This document shows positions 1 to 9,229 of a stretch of 34,520 nucleotides of DNA, piece by piece; the stretch's first letter is position 1; every line of letters begins with the position of its first letter. Made by a program: the position numbers and the translations under genes. A model generated the notes under the pieces. It searched no databases. It was not told where the DNA came from and saw nothing but the letters and a program-made list of their open reading frames with translations. Origin of the DNA: a virus; the IMG/VR virus record IMGVR_UViG_3300036782_000036, positions 1 to 34,520 of that record, one strand, 5' to 3'.

Positions 1-127
1 GGGGCCCGGCCGCGTCCCGGAGAGCAGGAGGACCACCATGCGAGTCGAGATGCTGCGGCTCATGGCCAACCCCACGTACGGCAACCAGCCCGAGGGCGCC
101 ATCGTCGACATGGACCCGGCCGACGCC
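1..127. repeat. Terminal direct repeat, left copy (identical to 34394-34520); circular-closure overlap or terminal redundancy
   Basis: Base-by-base comparison: GGGGCCCGGCCGCGTCCCGGAGAGCAGGAGGACCACCATGCGAGTCGAG...GACCCGGCCGACGCC occurs at both window ends. It includes the RBS and first 30 codons of the 38..394 gene. Confidence 0.95.
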
Positions 128-394
128 GAGCGGCGCATCGCCGCCGGCTACTGCCGCCCCCTCGATGAGCCGAGGAAGAACGGCGGCCGCGCGGCCAAGA
201 CCGCCGCCGCGCCGCCCGGTGGCGGCCAGGGCGAGGACACGCCGGTGGAGAAGATGACCGTCGAGCAGCTGCGGTCCTACGCGGCCGAGCACGACATCAC
301 CCTCGGCGACGCGGTGAAGAAGGACGACATCCGCGCCGCCGTCGTGGCCGAGCTGGAGCGCCGCCGCGACGAGGACGAGGACGGGGGCGCCTGA
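38..394 (+). CDS. Hypothetical head-module protein with a C-terminal HeH/SAP-like (Rho-N-like) helix-extended-helix motif
   Basis: ATG 6 nt after AGGAGG (26-31). High GC3. Motif MTVEQLRSYAAEHDITLGDAVKKDDIRAAVVAEL resembles HeH/Rho_N DNA-binding motifs. It sits between the capsid genes and the connector genes on the circular map. Confidence 0.7.
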   Translation: MRVEMLRLMANPTYGNQPEGAIVDMDPADAERRIAAGYCRPLDEPRKNGGRAAKTAAAPPGGGQGEDTPVEKMTVEQLRSYAAEHDITLGDAVKKDDIRAAVVAELERRRDEDEDGGA

Positions 395-978
395 TGGCGT
401 ACGCCAACCCGGACGAGCTGCGCCGCCTCCTGCGCATCGAGTCGTTCACCGAGGAGGAGAGCGCCACCGCCGAGCTCCTGATCGACCTTGCGCAGGGCGT
501 CATCGAGGACGAGACGGGCCAGGCCCTCGAGCAGTCCCAGGACACTGTGATCCTGGACGGGCCGACGGCTGACGACCCGCGGCACCACCCCGCCACCGGC
601 TCGCGGAAGCTGATCCTGCCGCGCTGGCCGGTGACGGCCGTCGCCTCGGTCAAGCTCGTCGACGAGGACCAGGAGCTCGTGTTCGGCAAGGACCGTGACT
701 ACACCTGGTCGGCCGCTGGGATCCTGCACCGCCGCGGTGCCGAGTGGCCCAGCCACGACCGGGCGGTGGAGGTCGTGTACACGCCCGGGTACGCCCCGGT
801 CCCCGCGGGCCCGAAGCGGATCTGTCTGCGCCTGGCGGCCGCCGGATGGTCCAACCCGGAGTTCCTCTCGGCGGAGACGCTCGGGGACCACTCCCGCAGC
901 TTCTCCGCCGAGGCCCTCGGCATGGAACTGACGACCGCCGACCGGCGCACGCTCGGCGCGTACCGGGCCCGGACATGA
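394..978 (+). CDS. Head-tail connector (gp6-like/QLRG-type adaptor)
   Basis: ATGA overlap with the upstream stop. The N-terminus ANPDELRRLLRIESFTEEESATAELLIDLAQGVIEDETGQAL matches the typical gp6-like connector signature. Position in the structural operon fits. Confidence 0.8.
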   Translation: MAYANPDELRRLLRIESFTEEESATAELLIDLAQGVIEDETGQALEQSQDTVILDGPTADDPRHHPATGSRKLILPRWPVTAVASVKLVDEDQELVFGKDRDYTWSAAGILHRRGAEWPSHDRAVEVVYTPGYAPVPAGPKRICLRLAAAGWSNPEFLSAETLGDHSRSFSAEALGMELTTADRRTLGAYRART

Positions 979-1301
979 TCGGCCGCCTGCTGAACCGGAC
1001 GCTGGCCGTGTGGCGGCCGGTCGACGCCGACGACGGGTACGGCGGCCAGGAGACCACGCTCGTTCTCCAGGGCGAGGTGCGGGCGAAGGTGGACCAGCCG
1101 GCCGCGTCGGACAGGGTGCTCGCGCAGCAGGCCGGGGCCGAACACACCCACGACGTCTACCTCCTGCCCACCGCCGACGTCGAGCGCGGCGACGAGCTGC
1201 ACGGCGGCGGGCAGGTCCTGACGGTCCGCTCGGTCGTCGAGCCGTCCAGCACCCGCTACCGCAAGGCCGAGTGCCGACTGCTGCAGCGGCGGGGAGACTG
1301 A
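975..1301 (+). CDS. Head closure / head-tail joining protein (SPP1 gp16 / HK97 gp9-like)
   Basis: ATGA overlap at 975-978. The 108-aa protein has the pattern RTLAVWRP..DDGYGG......GEVRAKV.Q......AG.EHTHDVYL...DV..GDEL typical of this family. Synteny fits. Confidence 0.75.
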   Translation: MIGRLLNRTLAVWRPVDADDGYGGQETTLVLQGEVRAKVDQPAASDRVLAQQAGAEHTHDVYLLPTADVERGDELHGGGQVLTVRSVVEPSSTRYRKAECRLLQRRGD

Positions 1302-1302
1302 C

Positions 1303-1677
1303 GTGGCCCGCTCGGGCATGACGGTGGAGATCCTCGGCGCCGAGCGGCTGCGGGCTCAACTGCAGGACCTCGGCGAGGACATCATCACCGCGCTGCAGAA
1401 GGCAGTGCAGGAGTCCGCCGAGGCCGTCAAGGCCGACACCCAGCGCGACGTGGCCAAGGACTCCGGCAACCTGCACGACAAGGTCGACATCAAGTACAAG
1501 GACGACGGCCTGACCGCCGTGGTCGGCTGGCACAACGACACCGAGTACTACGCCCGGTTCCTGGAGTACGGCACCCGCCGCACCCCGGCCCGGCCCGCGC
1601 TCCGCCCGGCCCTGGAGGCCGAGCGCAAGCGGTACAAGGGCCGGCTGACCGAAGAGGTACGGAGGGTCCTGCGATGA
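1303..1677 (+). CDS. HK97 gp10-family neck/tail-attachment protein
   Basis: GTG 6 nt after GGGGAG (1291-1296). Contains the motif YARFLEYGTRRTPARPALRPA characteristic of the HK97 gp10 family. An ATG at 1318 is an alternative start. Confidence 0.8.
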   Translation: MARSGMTVEILGAERLRAQLQDLGEDIITALQKAVQESAEAVKADTQRDVAKDSGNLHDKVDIKYKDDGLTAVVGWHNDTEYYARFLEYGTRRTPARPALRPALEAERKRYKGRLTEEVRRVLR

Positions 1678-2099
1678 GCATCCCGCCGCCCGTCTCCCCG
1701 ATGCTCGCGATCCAGGGCGCCATCCGCGCCCTCCTCGTCGCCGACAGCGAGCTGCAGTCCCTCGGCGTCGCCGTGTACGACTACCTGCCCGAGACCGTCC
1801 CGTACCCGTTCATCGTCATCGGCGAGGCCACCGAGGTCCCGGCCAACGCCCACGACCGGTTCGGCTGGGAGACCGTCCCGACCCTGCACGTGTGGGACAA
1901 GCGCCAGGGCTTCAAGCGCGTGCTGCAGATCGGCGGCCGCCTCACCGCGCTGCTGGACCACCAGCCGCTCAGGGTGCCCGGCTACGACCACATCGTCACC
2001 CGCTTCGAGGTCGCGCAGCCGCTGACCGACCCGGAGCCGCCGGGCGACATCCGCCACCTCGTACACCGGTACCGCGTGCTCACCGCGCAGCCCCGCTGA
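1674..2099 (+). CDS. Tail completion/terminator protein (DUF3168-like)
   Basis: ATGA overlap. The pattern IRALLVADSELQSLGVAVYDYLPE..PYPFIVIGEATE.....DRFGWE....LHVW resembles the DUF3168 family. Synteny places it before the major tail gene. Confidence 0.75.
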   Translation: MSIPPPVSPMLAIQGAIRALLVADSELQSLGVAVYDYLPETVPYPFIVIGEATEVPANAHDRFGWETVPTLHVWDKRQGFKRVLQIGGRLTALLDHQPLRVPGYDHIVTRFEVAQPLTDPEPPGDIRHLVHRYRVLTAQPR

Positions 2100-2165
2100 C
2101 CCGCCCACCACCGCCCCGGCCCGCAACGGTGCCGGGGCTCGCCCATACACAGAAGGGAGTGCCCG

Positions 2166-2504
2166 ATGGCAGCACTCACCACCACCACCGTGAACACGCT
2201 CGGCGGCCTGGCCGACCTCGACGCGGCCGCCGTCGCCGCGGCCGGAGGCGGCGACACCGCCCCCGTGGGGGACGGCCTGTTCCTGTTCGTCAACAACGCC
2301 GGCGCCTCGCCCCGCACCGTCACCCTGGCCACCCCGGGAACCGTCCACGGCCACCAGGTCGCCGACGCCACCCTCACCGTGGCCGCCGGCAAGCGCGGTC
2401 TCATCCCGCTGACCACCATCTTCCGCGGCGCCACCGGACGGGCCGCGATCACCTACGACGCCGTCACCTCCGTGACCGTCGCCGTCATCCAGCTGGGAGC
2501 CTGA
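2166..2504 (+). CDS. Hypothetical structural protein (Ala/Thr/Gly-rich, 112 aa)
   Basis: ATG 8 nt after AAGGGAG. High GC3. Located between the tail terminator and major tail genes. I recognise no family. Confidence 0.65.
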   Translation: MAALTTTTVNTLGGLADLDAAAVAAAGGGDTAPVGDGLFLFVNNAGASPRTVTLATPGTVHGHQVADATLTVAAGKRGLIPLTTIFRGATGRAAITYDAVTSVTVAVIQLGA

Positions 2505-2505
2505 C

Positions 2506-2937
2506 ATGGCAGGTAAGGACGCATTCGGCAGCCAGTTCCTGCGGGACTCCACCGGCGCCGGCAGCTTCGCCGTGGTCGCCAACGTGACCGACATCAGCGG
2601 CCCCAGCCGCAGCCGTGAGGCGATCGAGGTCACCGCCCACGACTCCCCGGCCAAGTACCGCGAGTTCATCAAGGGCCTGAAGGACGGCGGCGAGGTCGAG
2701 ATCACCCTCAACTTCGACCCCGGCAACGCGACGCACTCCGCGCTCGACGGCGACTTCGAGGAGGACGACCTGCGCAACTACCAGGTCATCATCCTCCCGG
2801 GCGAGCCCGACGAGCACACGTGGAGCTTCTCCGCCCTGATCACCGACCTCGGCGAGAAGTACCCGACCGAGGGCCAGATGGAGCGGACCGCCACGTTCAA
2901 GATCAGCGGCAAGCCCACCCTCACCCCGACCGGCTGA
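2506..2937 (+). CDS. Major tail protein (phi13/TP901-1-like Phage_tail_2 type)
   Basis: The segment EAIEVTAHDSPAKYREFIKGLKDGGEVEITLNFDPGNATHSAL matches the conserved core of small siphovirus major tail proteins. It lies directly upstream of the chaperone pair and the tape measure gene. Confidence 0.8.
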   Translation: MAGKDAFGSQFLRDSTGAGSFAVVANVTDISGPSRSREAIEVTAHDSPAKYREFIKGLKDGGEVEITLNFDPGNATHSALDGDFEEDDLRNYQVIILPGEPDEHTWSFSALITDLGEKYPTEGQMERTATFKISGKPTLTPTG

Positions 2938-2954
2938 CAGGAGACCGACACACC

Positions 2955-3368
2955 ATGGCATCGCTGAAGGACCAGATCCGCGCCGCGACCGACATCCGCC
3001 ACCAGGACGACGTGGAGATCCCCGAGTGGGTACCCGGCGCCCGCTTCCGGGTGTACGGCCTGCCGTCCGGCGACTGGGAGGCCTACCAGAACTCCCTGAC
3101 CAAGATGACCCGCAAGGACTCCGCCCAGGGCATCGAGATGAGCGTCAAGTCCCGCAAGGCCGAGATCGTCGCCAAGGGCCTGTACGACCAGGAGACCGAC
3201 GAGCGTGTCTTCCCCGACCTGCGCGAGGGCATCGCGATTCTGTCCCAGCGCAGCGCGGGCATCGTCAACGCCCTGTTCGAGCTGATCCGTCATCTGTCCG
3301 ACGATGGCAAGGACTTCGCGCAGCGCGTGCAGGAGGCGGAGGCGGGTTTCGGCGACGGCCCGAGCTGA
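2955..3368 (+). CDS. Tail assembly chaperone (G-like, zero-frame product)
   Basis: ATG at 2955. Lies between the major tail and tape measure genes. Ends 16 nt after an in-phase GGGTTTC slippery heptamer. Confidence 0.8.
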   Translation: MASLKDQIRAATDIRHQDDVEIPEWVPGARFRVYGLPSGDWEAYQNSLTKMTRKDSAQGIEMSVKSRKAEIVAKGLYDQETDERVFPDLREGIAILSQRSAGIVNALFELIRHLSDDGKDFAQRVQEAEAGFGDGPS

Positions 3369-3694
3369 GGCTGCAGTACGACCTCGCCGCGGCCTTCCGC
3401 ATCCCTCCCTCCGAGGTCCTGGACCGCTTCACCGAGGAGGAGTTGATCCGCCTCATCGCGTACCAGAACCTGTACGGCCCGATCGGGCCATCACGCCTGG
3501 ACGTCGTGGCCGCCCGCCTGGGCATGGACGTGGCCGCCCCGCACATGAAGAAGGGCCAGCGGCCGAAGCTGAAGGACCACCTCGTCCAGTGGAGCCGCAA
3601 CGCTCGTCCTCGTAAGTCGGGCCGTGAACTGCTGGCCGCCGTCAAGGACATCCACGCCGGCCTCACCGGCAGGTCAGGAGGGGGGAAGAGATGA
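2955..3694 (+). CDS. Tail assembly chaperone, -1 frameshift fusion product (G-T-like; slip at 3344-3350)
   Basis: The -1 frame stays open from the slip site to 3694 (..GGFRRRPELRLQYDLAAAFRIPPSEVLDRFTEEELIRLIAYQNLYGP..). It ends in an ATGA overlap with the tape measure start. Confidence 0.75.
3344..3350 (+). promoter_or_regulatory. Programmed -1 ribosomal frameshift slippery site G GGT TTC
   Basis: An X XXY YYZ heptamer in the correct phase of the 2955 frame (codons GGT 3345-3347 and TTC 3348-3350). Confidence 0.75.
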
Positions 3695-5670
3695 CCGTCC
3701 TGGACGAGCTGCTTGTCCGCATCGGCATGGACTCCTCAGGCGTCGACGAAGGCACCGAGGAAGTCACCGGCCGCCTCGACGGCCTCGCGGGCCCGGCGGC
3801 CGCCGCCGGCCTCGCCGCCGGGGCGGTGTTCGCTGCGGGGATCTCCTCGGCGATGGACCTCGCCGAGGCGCAGGGTGAGCTCAAGCAGTCGCTCGGCCTC
3901 ACCGAGGTGGAGGCCGAACGGGCGGGCGACATCGCAGGTGACGTGTTCTCCGACGGGTTCGGGGGGTCTCTCGAGGAAGTGACCACCGGCCTGTCGAGCG
4001 TCACGTCCGCGATGGGGAAGCTCGGCGACTTCACCGATGCCGAGCTGCAGGACATGACAGAGAGCGCCCTCGGCCTGGCCAAGAAGCTCGAGGTCGACGT
4101 CGCCGACGCGTCGACGGCGGCCGGCCAGCTCATCAAGCAGGGCCTCGTCAAGGACGGCACCGAGGCGTTCGACGTACTGGCGCGCGCCGCTCAGGTCCTG
4201 CCCAAGAGCATGCTGGCCGACGTGCCTGCGGTCGTGCAGGAGTACGGCACGCACTTCAAGCGCATCGGGCTCGACGCCAGCACAGCGTTCGGCATGATGT
4301 CGCAGTTCGTGAAGGCCGGCGGTAAGGACATCGACCAGGCGGGCGACATTTTGCACGAGTTCGCCCGCATCACGAGCGAGGAGACCGACCGGGCGAAGGA
4401 GGGATTCAAGAGCCTCGGCCTGGACGGCGCGAAGATGCTGGCCGACATCGGCAAGGGCGGCAAGCCCGCGGCCGACGCGCTGCAGCTCACCCTGGACAAG
4501 CTCCGCGGCGTCGAGGACCCGGCCAAGCGGGCCCAGCTCGGCGTGCAGCTGTTCGGCGACATGGCCGGTGAGGCTGCGGACGCGCTGCTCGCGATGAACC
4601 CGCAGACCGCGCTCGCCGCCTCCGGGATGGACACCGCGGCCGGCTCCTCGAAGAAGCTCACCGACGCGATGGAGGCCTCGCCCGCGCAGCAGATGGACGC
4701 CGCGATGCGGACCCTGCAGACCACGCTCGGCGAGGCGTTCCTGCCCATCCTGAAGACGGTGTCCGAGTTCTTCGCCAAGCACAAGGACACGATCAAGGAA
4801 CTCATCCCGATCGTGCTCGTCCTCGTCGGCGTCCTCGGCCTGATGGCGGCCGCCATCTGGATCGTGAACATCGCGATGATGGCCAACCCGATCGGACTGA
4901 TCATCGCCGGGATCATCGCCCTGATCGCGGTCATCGCGCTGATCGTCATCAAGTGGGACGAGATCAAGGCCAAGACCCTGGAGGTCTGGGACAAGATCAT
5001 GGTGGCCCTGGACATCGCCTGGCGCTGGATCGAGACGAAGGCCGGCGAGCTCTGGGACAGCTTCGTCGGCATCTTCGCCGACGGGTGGATCTGGCTGCGC
5101 GACAAGGTCTTTGCGCCGATCGGCCGGTTCTTCACCGACACCATCCCTGGCTGGGTGGACTCAGGCGTCCAGTGGGTCAAGGACATCTGGAACGACATGA
5201 TCGGCTGGTTCCAGAGCATCCCGGACAGGATCGCCCGCGGCCTGAGCGGCATGTGGTCGTGGGTCACCGACGGTCTGAAAGACGCCCTCAACGGCGCCAT
5301 CGGCCTGATCAACTCGGGGATCTGGTTCATCAACGACAAGTTGATCGGCAGCGTCAACCTCTTGCCCGGCATGAGCGTGCCATACATCCCGTACCTCCCT
5401 TATCTGGCCGAGGGCGGCATCACGACCGGGCCGACGCTCGCCATGATCGGCGAGGGCAGCGAGCAGGAGGCCGTGCTCCCGCTGTCCAAGCTCGAGGCAC
5501 TGATCAACACCCCCGCCGCCATGGCCGCCCCGTCCACGGGCAAGGTCCAGCCTGTCCAGGTCCAGGTGATCGCGCAGGCCGACCGCAACGGCTTCCGGGA
5601 CTTCCTCCAGTACGAGGTCCGCACCACCGCCGGCGGATCCGTCGCCCGCTACGCAGGAGAGGACGACTAA
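3691..5670 (+). CDS. Tail tape measure protein (659 aa)
   Basis: Position after the chaperone pair. Ala/Gly/Leu-rich helical N-terminal half. Central hydrophobic block IPIVLVLVGVLGLMAAAIWIVNIAMMANPIGLIIAGIIALIAVIALIVI. Trp-rich C-terminal part. All are typical of TP901-type tape measure proteins. Confidence 0.9.
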   Translation: MTVLDELLVRIGMDSSGVDEGTEEVTGRLDGLAGPAAAAGLAAGAVFAAGISSAMDLAEAQGELKQSLGLTEVEAERAGDIAGDVFSDGFGGSLEEVTTGLSSVTSAMGKLGDFTDAELQDMTESALGLAKKLEVDVADASTAAGQLIKQGLVKDGTEAFDVLARAAQVLPKSMLADVPAVVQEYGTHFKRIGLDASTAFGMMSQFVKAGGKDIDQAGDILHEFARITSEETDRAKEGFKSLGLDGAKMLADIGKGGKPAADALQLTLDKLRGVEDPAKRAQLGVQLFGDMAGEAADALLAMNPQTALAASGMDTAAGSSKKLTDAMEASPAQQMDAAMRTLQTTLGEAFLPILKTVSEFFAKHKDTIKELIPIVLVLVGVLGLMAAAIWIVNIAMMANPIGLIIAGIIALIAVIALIVIKWDEIKAKTLEVWDKIMVALDIAWRWIETKAGELWDSFVGIFADGWIWLRDKVFAPIGRFFTDTIPGWVDSGVQWVKDIWNDMIGWFQSIPDRIARGLSGMWSWVTDGLKDALNGAIGLINSGIWFINDKLIGSVNLLPGMSVPYIPYLPYLAEGGITTGPTLAMIGEGSEQEAVLPLSKLEALINTPAAMAAPSTGKVQPVQVQVIAQADRNGFRDFLQYEVRTTAGGSVARYAGEDD

Positions 5671-5673
5671 CCC

Positions 5674-8391
5674 ATGGTTGCTCTGCCGCCGCCGGACCTG
5701 TTCGAGCTGTACTACAACGGCCAGTTCAACAACCGCACCTCCGACGTGCGGGCCTCGGCCGGGGTCACGATGTCGCGCGGAGTGTCGGCCGAGGGGACGC
5801 GGGCGGATCCCTCGGCCGCCGACATGCTGCTCAACAACCGGCACGGCGACTACTCCCGGCGCAACCCCATGAGCGCGCTGTACGGGAAGATCGGCCCGAA
5901 CACGCCGATGCGCTACTCCGTCGACGCGGGCTACCCCTACCTCCTGCTCCCCGGGGACACCTCCTCCGCGCTCACCACCCCCGACGCCGCGGTCCTCGGC
6001 GTGACCGACCTCGACATCCGCATCGAGGTCGCGCTCGACTCCTACACCACCGCCCAGGAGGCGGTCTCCCGGTTCCTGAACTCGGGCAACAACTGCTCCT
6101 GGTCGCTGCAGGTGGGCAACGGGCTGCAGCTGTCCTGGTACCCGGACGGAAGCTTCGCCAGCCAGAAGACCGCGGGCATCGGGGTGCAGCTGCCCGCCAT
6201 CCCCCGCCAGCGCATCGCCTTCCGTGTCGTCCTGGACGTCAACACCGGTGCCGGCGGCCACCTCGTCTCGTTCTACTGGGCGCCGTCGATCACCGCGACC
6301 ATGTGGAACCCACTCGGCACCGCCACCGCCGGCACCGGCACCACGACGGTGTTCGACGGGGCCGCCGGGCTGCAGCTCGGCACGAACACCGGCCTGGTCG
6401 GCACCGGGCTGAAGGGCCGCATCTACGCCTTCCAGCTGTGGGACGGTGCCACCGGCGTCCGCAAGGTCAACGTCGACTTCTCCACCGCGAAGGCCGGCGA
6501 CACCTCGTTCACCGACACCGGTGGCCTGGTGTGGACGAAGGCCGGCGCCGCCGCCCTGGCCAACCGGCACGTCCGTATGGCGGGCGAGGTCCCGGCCTGG
6601 ACGCCGCAACGCGATGCCTCCGGCGCCGACCGGACCGTGCCGATCACCCCGGCCGGGATAACCCGCCGCCTCGACGCGGGCACCAAGCCCCTCGAGTCCG
6701 CGCTGCTGCGCTACCTCCGCGCCGCGGGCCCGATCGAATGCTGGCCACTGATCGACGGAGCACAAGCCACCTCGGGCGCCCCGCTCGTCGGCACCGCGCC
6801 GGCCGTCGTCCTGCCGGGCAGCACCTACGTGTGGGCGGACGGCGAGCTCGCCGACTGGATCGAGCCGGTCATCCACCTCACAGGCGGCGGCCGGATCATC
6901 GCCCCGCTCCCGGCGCACGCTTCCGCGGCCACCGGCTGGTCGGTGGACTGGCCCTTCTCACAGCTGGACTCCCTCGTCACCTGCAGCGTGACCGAGGGCA
7001 GCGCCACCGGCCGGACATGGACGGTGTCCCTCGACCCCTCCACCAACAAGATCCAGCTCTTCACCTTCACCGCGGCCGGCGCCACCACCCTGCAAGGCGA
7101 GATCTCTCCCGCGAACGTCTTCAACGACGTTCCGCACGTGGTGCGGCTGACGACAGCGTCGAGCGGCGGCTCCGTCGGCTGGAGCCTGTACCTCGACGGC
7201 GTGCTCGCGGTGGCCGGGGCGGACACGCCCGCCGCCGTCCCGCTGCAGAACGTCGATGTCCTGGCCGGCCTGTCCGGATCCTTCAAGTCCATGGCGCTCG
7301 GCTACATCACCTACTGGGGCTCCTCGGCGCCCTCCGCGGCCGACTTCTACCGGGCCCTCACCGGGTTCCAGGGAGAGACCGCCGGCGCCCGCTTCCTGCG
7401 CCTGTGCACGGAGCAGGGGGTACCGGCCGCCCTGATGGGCACGGCCTCCGCCACCACCCCGCTCGGCGTCCAGAAGCGGGAGAAGTTCCTCGACGCGCTC
7501 GCTTCCCTCGCCCGTGCCGACGGCGGGTACGTCCTGGAGCAGCGCGACGACCGTGCCCTCGCCTTCCGGCCCCGCCAGACGCTTTACAACCAGCCCCCGG
7601 CGATCACCCTGGACTTCTCGACCGGGGTGATCAGCGAGCCGTTCCGGCCGCTGGACGACGAGAAGCTCAGCGAGAACGACGTCGCGGTCACCAGGGAGGG
7701 AGGCACGTTCGCGTCCGCCGTCCAGCTGACCGGGCCCCTGTCCGTCCAGGACCCCCCGGCCGGTATCGGCCGCTACGACGTCGCCCACACCCTCTCGCTC
7801 GCCGCCGACGCGCAGGCCCTGCAACAGGCCGCGTGGCGCCTGCACGTGGGCACTGTCGACGGCCTGCGCTATCCGCAGATCACCCTCGACCTCGGCAATC
7901 CCCGTGTGTGGCCGCTGATCCGGGCCGTCTACCTGGCCGACGTCGGCGACAAGATCCGGCTCACCGGCCTGCCGGACGACTACGGCCCCGACGACGTCGA
8001 CCTGATCATCCGCGGCTACAAGGAGACCGTCACCGAGAAGACGTGGCGGATCACGTTCACCTGCACCCCGGGCGCCCCCTACGACGTCCTGCAGCTGGGA
8101 GCCCCCGCCTACTCCCGGCTGGCCACTGCAGGTTCCCAGCTGGCCTCCGCCATCACCGCCACCGCAACGTCCCTGTCCGTCACCACCACGGGGACCACCC
8201 TGTGGACCACAGCGGCCGGCGACCGCCCGTTCGACATCGTCGTCGGCGGCGAGCGGATGACCGTCACCAACCTGACCGGCGCCACCTCGCCGCAGACGTT
8301 CACCGTCACCCGCTCCGTCAACGGCGTCGTCAAGTCCCACGTGGCCGGGACCGCGCTCCAGATCGCCCGGCCCGTCGTCTACGCCCTGTGA
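5674..8391 (+). CDS. Minor tail (tail-tip) protein, 905 aa, with two predicted ConA/LamG-like jelly-roll modules
   Basis: Immediately downstream of the tape measure gene. Segments ending in GRIYAFQLWDG (about nt 5970-6490) and GWSLYLDGVL...ALGYITYWG (about nt 6920-7325) look like LamG_3-type modules. High GC3 throughout. Confidence 0.75.
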   Translation: MVALPPPDLFELYYNGQFNNRTSDVRASAGVTMSRGVSAEGTRADPSAADMLLNNRHGDYSRRNPMSALYGKIGPNTPMRYSVDAGYPYLLLPGDTSSALTTPDAAVLGVTDLDIRIEVALDSYTTAQEAVSRFLNSGNNCSWSLQVGNGLQLSWYPDGSFASQKTAGIGVQLPAIPRQRIAFRVVLDVNTGAGGHLVSFYWAPSITATMWNPLGTATAGTGTTTVFDGAAGLQLGTNTGLVGTGLKGRIYAFQLWDGATGVRKVNVDFSTAKAGDTSFTDTGGLVWTKAGAAALANRHVRMAGEVPAWTPQRDASGADRTVPITPAGITRRLDAGTKPLESALLRYLRAAGPIECWPLIDGAQATSGAPLVGTAPAVVLPGSTYVWADGELADWIEPVIHLTGGGRIIAPLPAHASAATGWSVDWPFSQLDSLVTCSVTEGSATGRTWTVSLDPSTNKIQLFTFTAAGATTLQGEISPANVFNDVPHVVRLTTASSGGSVGWSLYLDGVLAVAGADTPAAVPLQNVDVLAGLSGSFKSMALGYITYWGSSAPSAADFYRALTGFQGETAGARFLRLCTEQGVPAALMGTASATTPLGVQKREKFLDALASLARADGGYVLEQRDDRALAFRPRQTLYNQPPAITLDFSTGVISEPFRPLDDEKLSENDVAVTREGGTFASAVQLTGPLSVQDPPAGIGRYDVAHTLSLAADAQALQQAAWRLHVGTVDGLRYPQITLDLGNPRVWPLIRAVYLADVGDKIRLTGLPDDYGPDDVDLIIRGYKETVTEKTWRITFTCTPGAPYDVLQLGAPAYSRLATAGSQLASAITATATSLSVTTTGTTLWTTAAGDRPFDIVVGGERMTVTNLTGATSPQTFTVTRSVNGVVKSHVAGTALQIARPVVYAL

Positions 8392-8400
8392 GGAGGCACC

Positions 8401-8886
8401 ATGCCCGACCCGATCGTCCTGTCCGGACAGATCATCACGCCCGACATCATCAACGGGCTGGTCCAGCCGCACGTGCAGGTCGTCGCCGGAGCCTTCGCGG
8501 TCCCGGCCGGCGCCAGCACATACACGCCCGTCGCGTGGGCCAGCACCCTGTCCGGCAACCACGCGCCCATGTGGTCGCTCGCGCAACCCACCCGGCTGAT
8601 CGCCCCGTCCGCCGGCGTCTACCTGATCCATGGCGGCGTCACCTGGCCCGGTGCCCTCGGCACCTCCGACGCCCGCGGTGAGATCCGCGCCAACGGCAGC
8701 GCCTCGCCCTCCCTCGGCACGAGGGTCGGCAGCCAGCGCGGCAGCGCCGGCAACATGCAGGCCGCGGCCAGCGGCACCGTCACCCTCACTGCCGGCGGCT
8801 ACGTCGAGCTCTACCTCAACACCCAGGCCGCGACCGCCATCACGGCCACCGTCACCCTCGGCATCACCCGCATCTCCGCCACCTGA
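8401..8886 (+). CDS. Minor tail protein, possible receptor-binding protein (161 aa, predicted beta-sandwich)
   Basis: ATG 3 nt after GAGGAGG. The pattern GVYLIHGGVTW.....DARGEIRANG......GTVTLTAGGYVELYLN resembles C1q/TNF-like tail fibre tips. The function is inferred from position. Confidence 0.55.
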   Translation: MPDPIVLSGQIITPDIINGLVQPHVQVVAGAFAVPAGASTYTPVAWASTLSGNHAPMWSLAQPTRLIAPSAGVYLIHGGVTWPGALGTSDARGEIRANGSASPSLGTRVGSQRGSAGNMQAAASGTVTLTAGGYVELYLNTQAATAITATVTLGITRISAT

Positions 8887-8901
8887 TCAGGAGGTTTCCG
8901 C

Positions 8902-9162
8902 ATGCCCGCCTACCCCAACTTCGACCCCGCCGGCGTCGCCTACGACCTCCACCTGTGGCACCCCGAGTGGGGATCGGTGCACGTCTCGGTCGGCACCCCC
9001 AGCTACCCCACGGGTGTCTTCAACAACGCCGGCGTGGACGCGATCATCCAGCAGCTCGCACAGGACCTCCTCGCGCCGATCGGCGGCGAGAAGGTCATCG
9101 AGGTCGTCCGTCTCCAGACCGAGTCCGTGAAGTGGACGCCCCCCGCGCCGCCCACCCCCTGA
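8902..9162 (+). CDS. Hypothetical protein (86 aa) between the tail and lysis modules
   Basis: ATG preceded by CAGGAGG (8888-8894). Very high GC3. No recognisable family. Confidence 0.65.
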   Translation: MPAYPNFDPAGVAYDLHLWHPEWGSVHVSVGTPSYPTGVFNNAGVDAIIQQLAQDLLAPIGGEKVIEVVRLQTESVKWTPPAPPTP

Positions 9163-9229
9163 CCTTGCCCGTACCCGCCCGCCCCGCGCCGTCCGGCCCG
9201 GGGCTTTGCCATATCTCAGGAGGCCCCCC

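Noticed and set aside
277-1533. Long minus-strand ORFs opposite the structural genes. Examples: 277..1533, 1548..2777, 3736..4782, 5161..6918, 6958..8631, 27369..29714, 30408..32681 and 32108..33976.
   Set aside because: Their translations are dominated by Arg/Gly/Pro/Ala runs and show no motifs. They lie antisense to ORFs with clear phage family signatures and the expected GC3 bias. Such stop-free antisense frames are a known artefact of ~70% GC DNA.
4953-8681. 1242-aa plus-strand ORF spanning the end of the tape measure gene and the whole tail-tip gene in another frame.
   Set aside because: The translation is Arg/Pro/His-rich nonsense. It overlaps two well-supported genes out of frame and has no RBS context.
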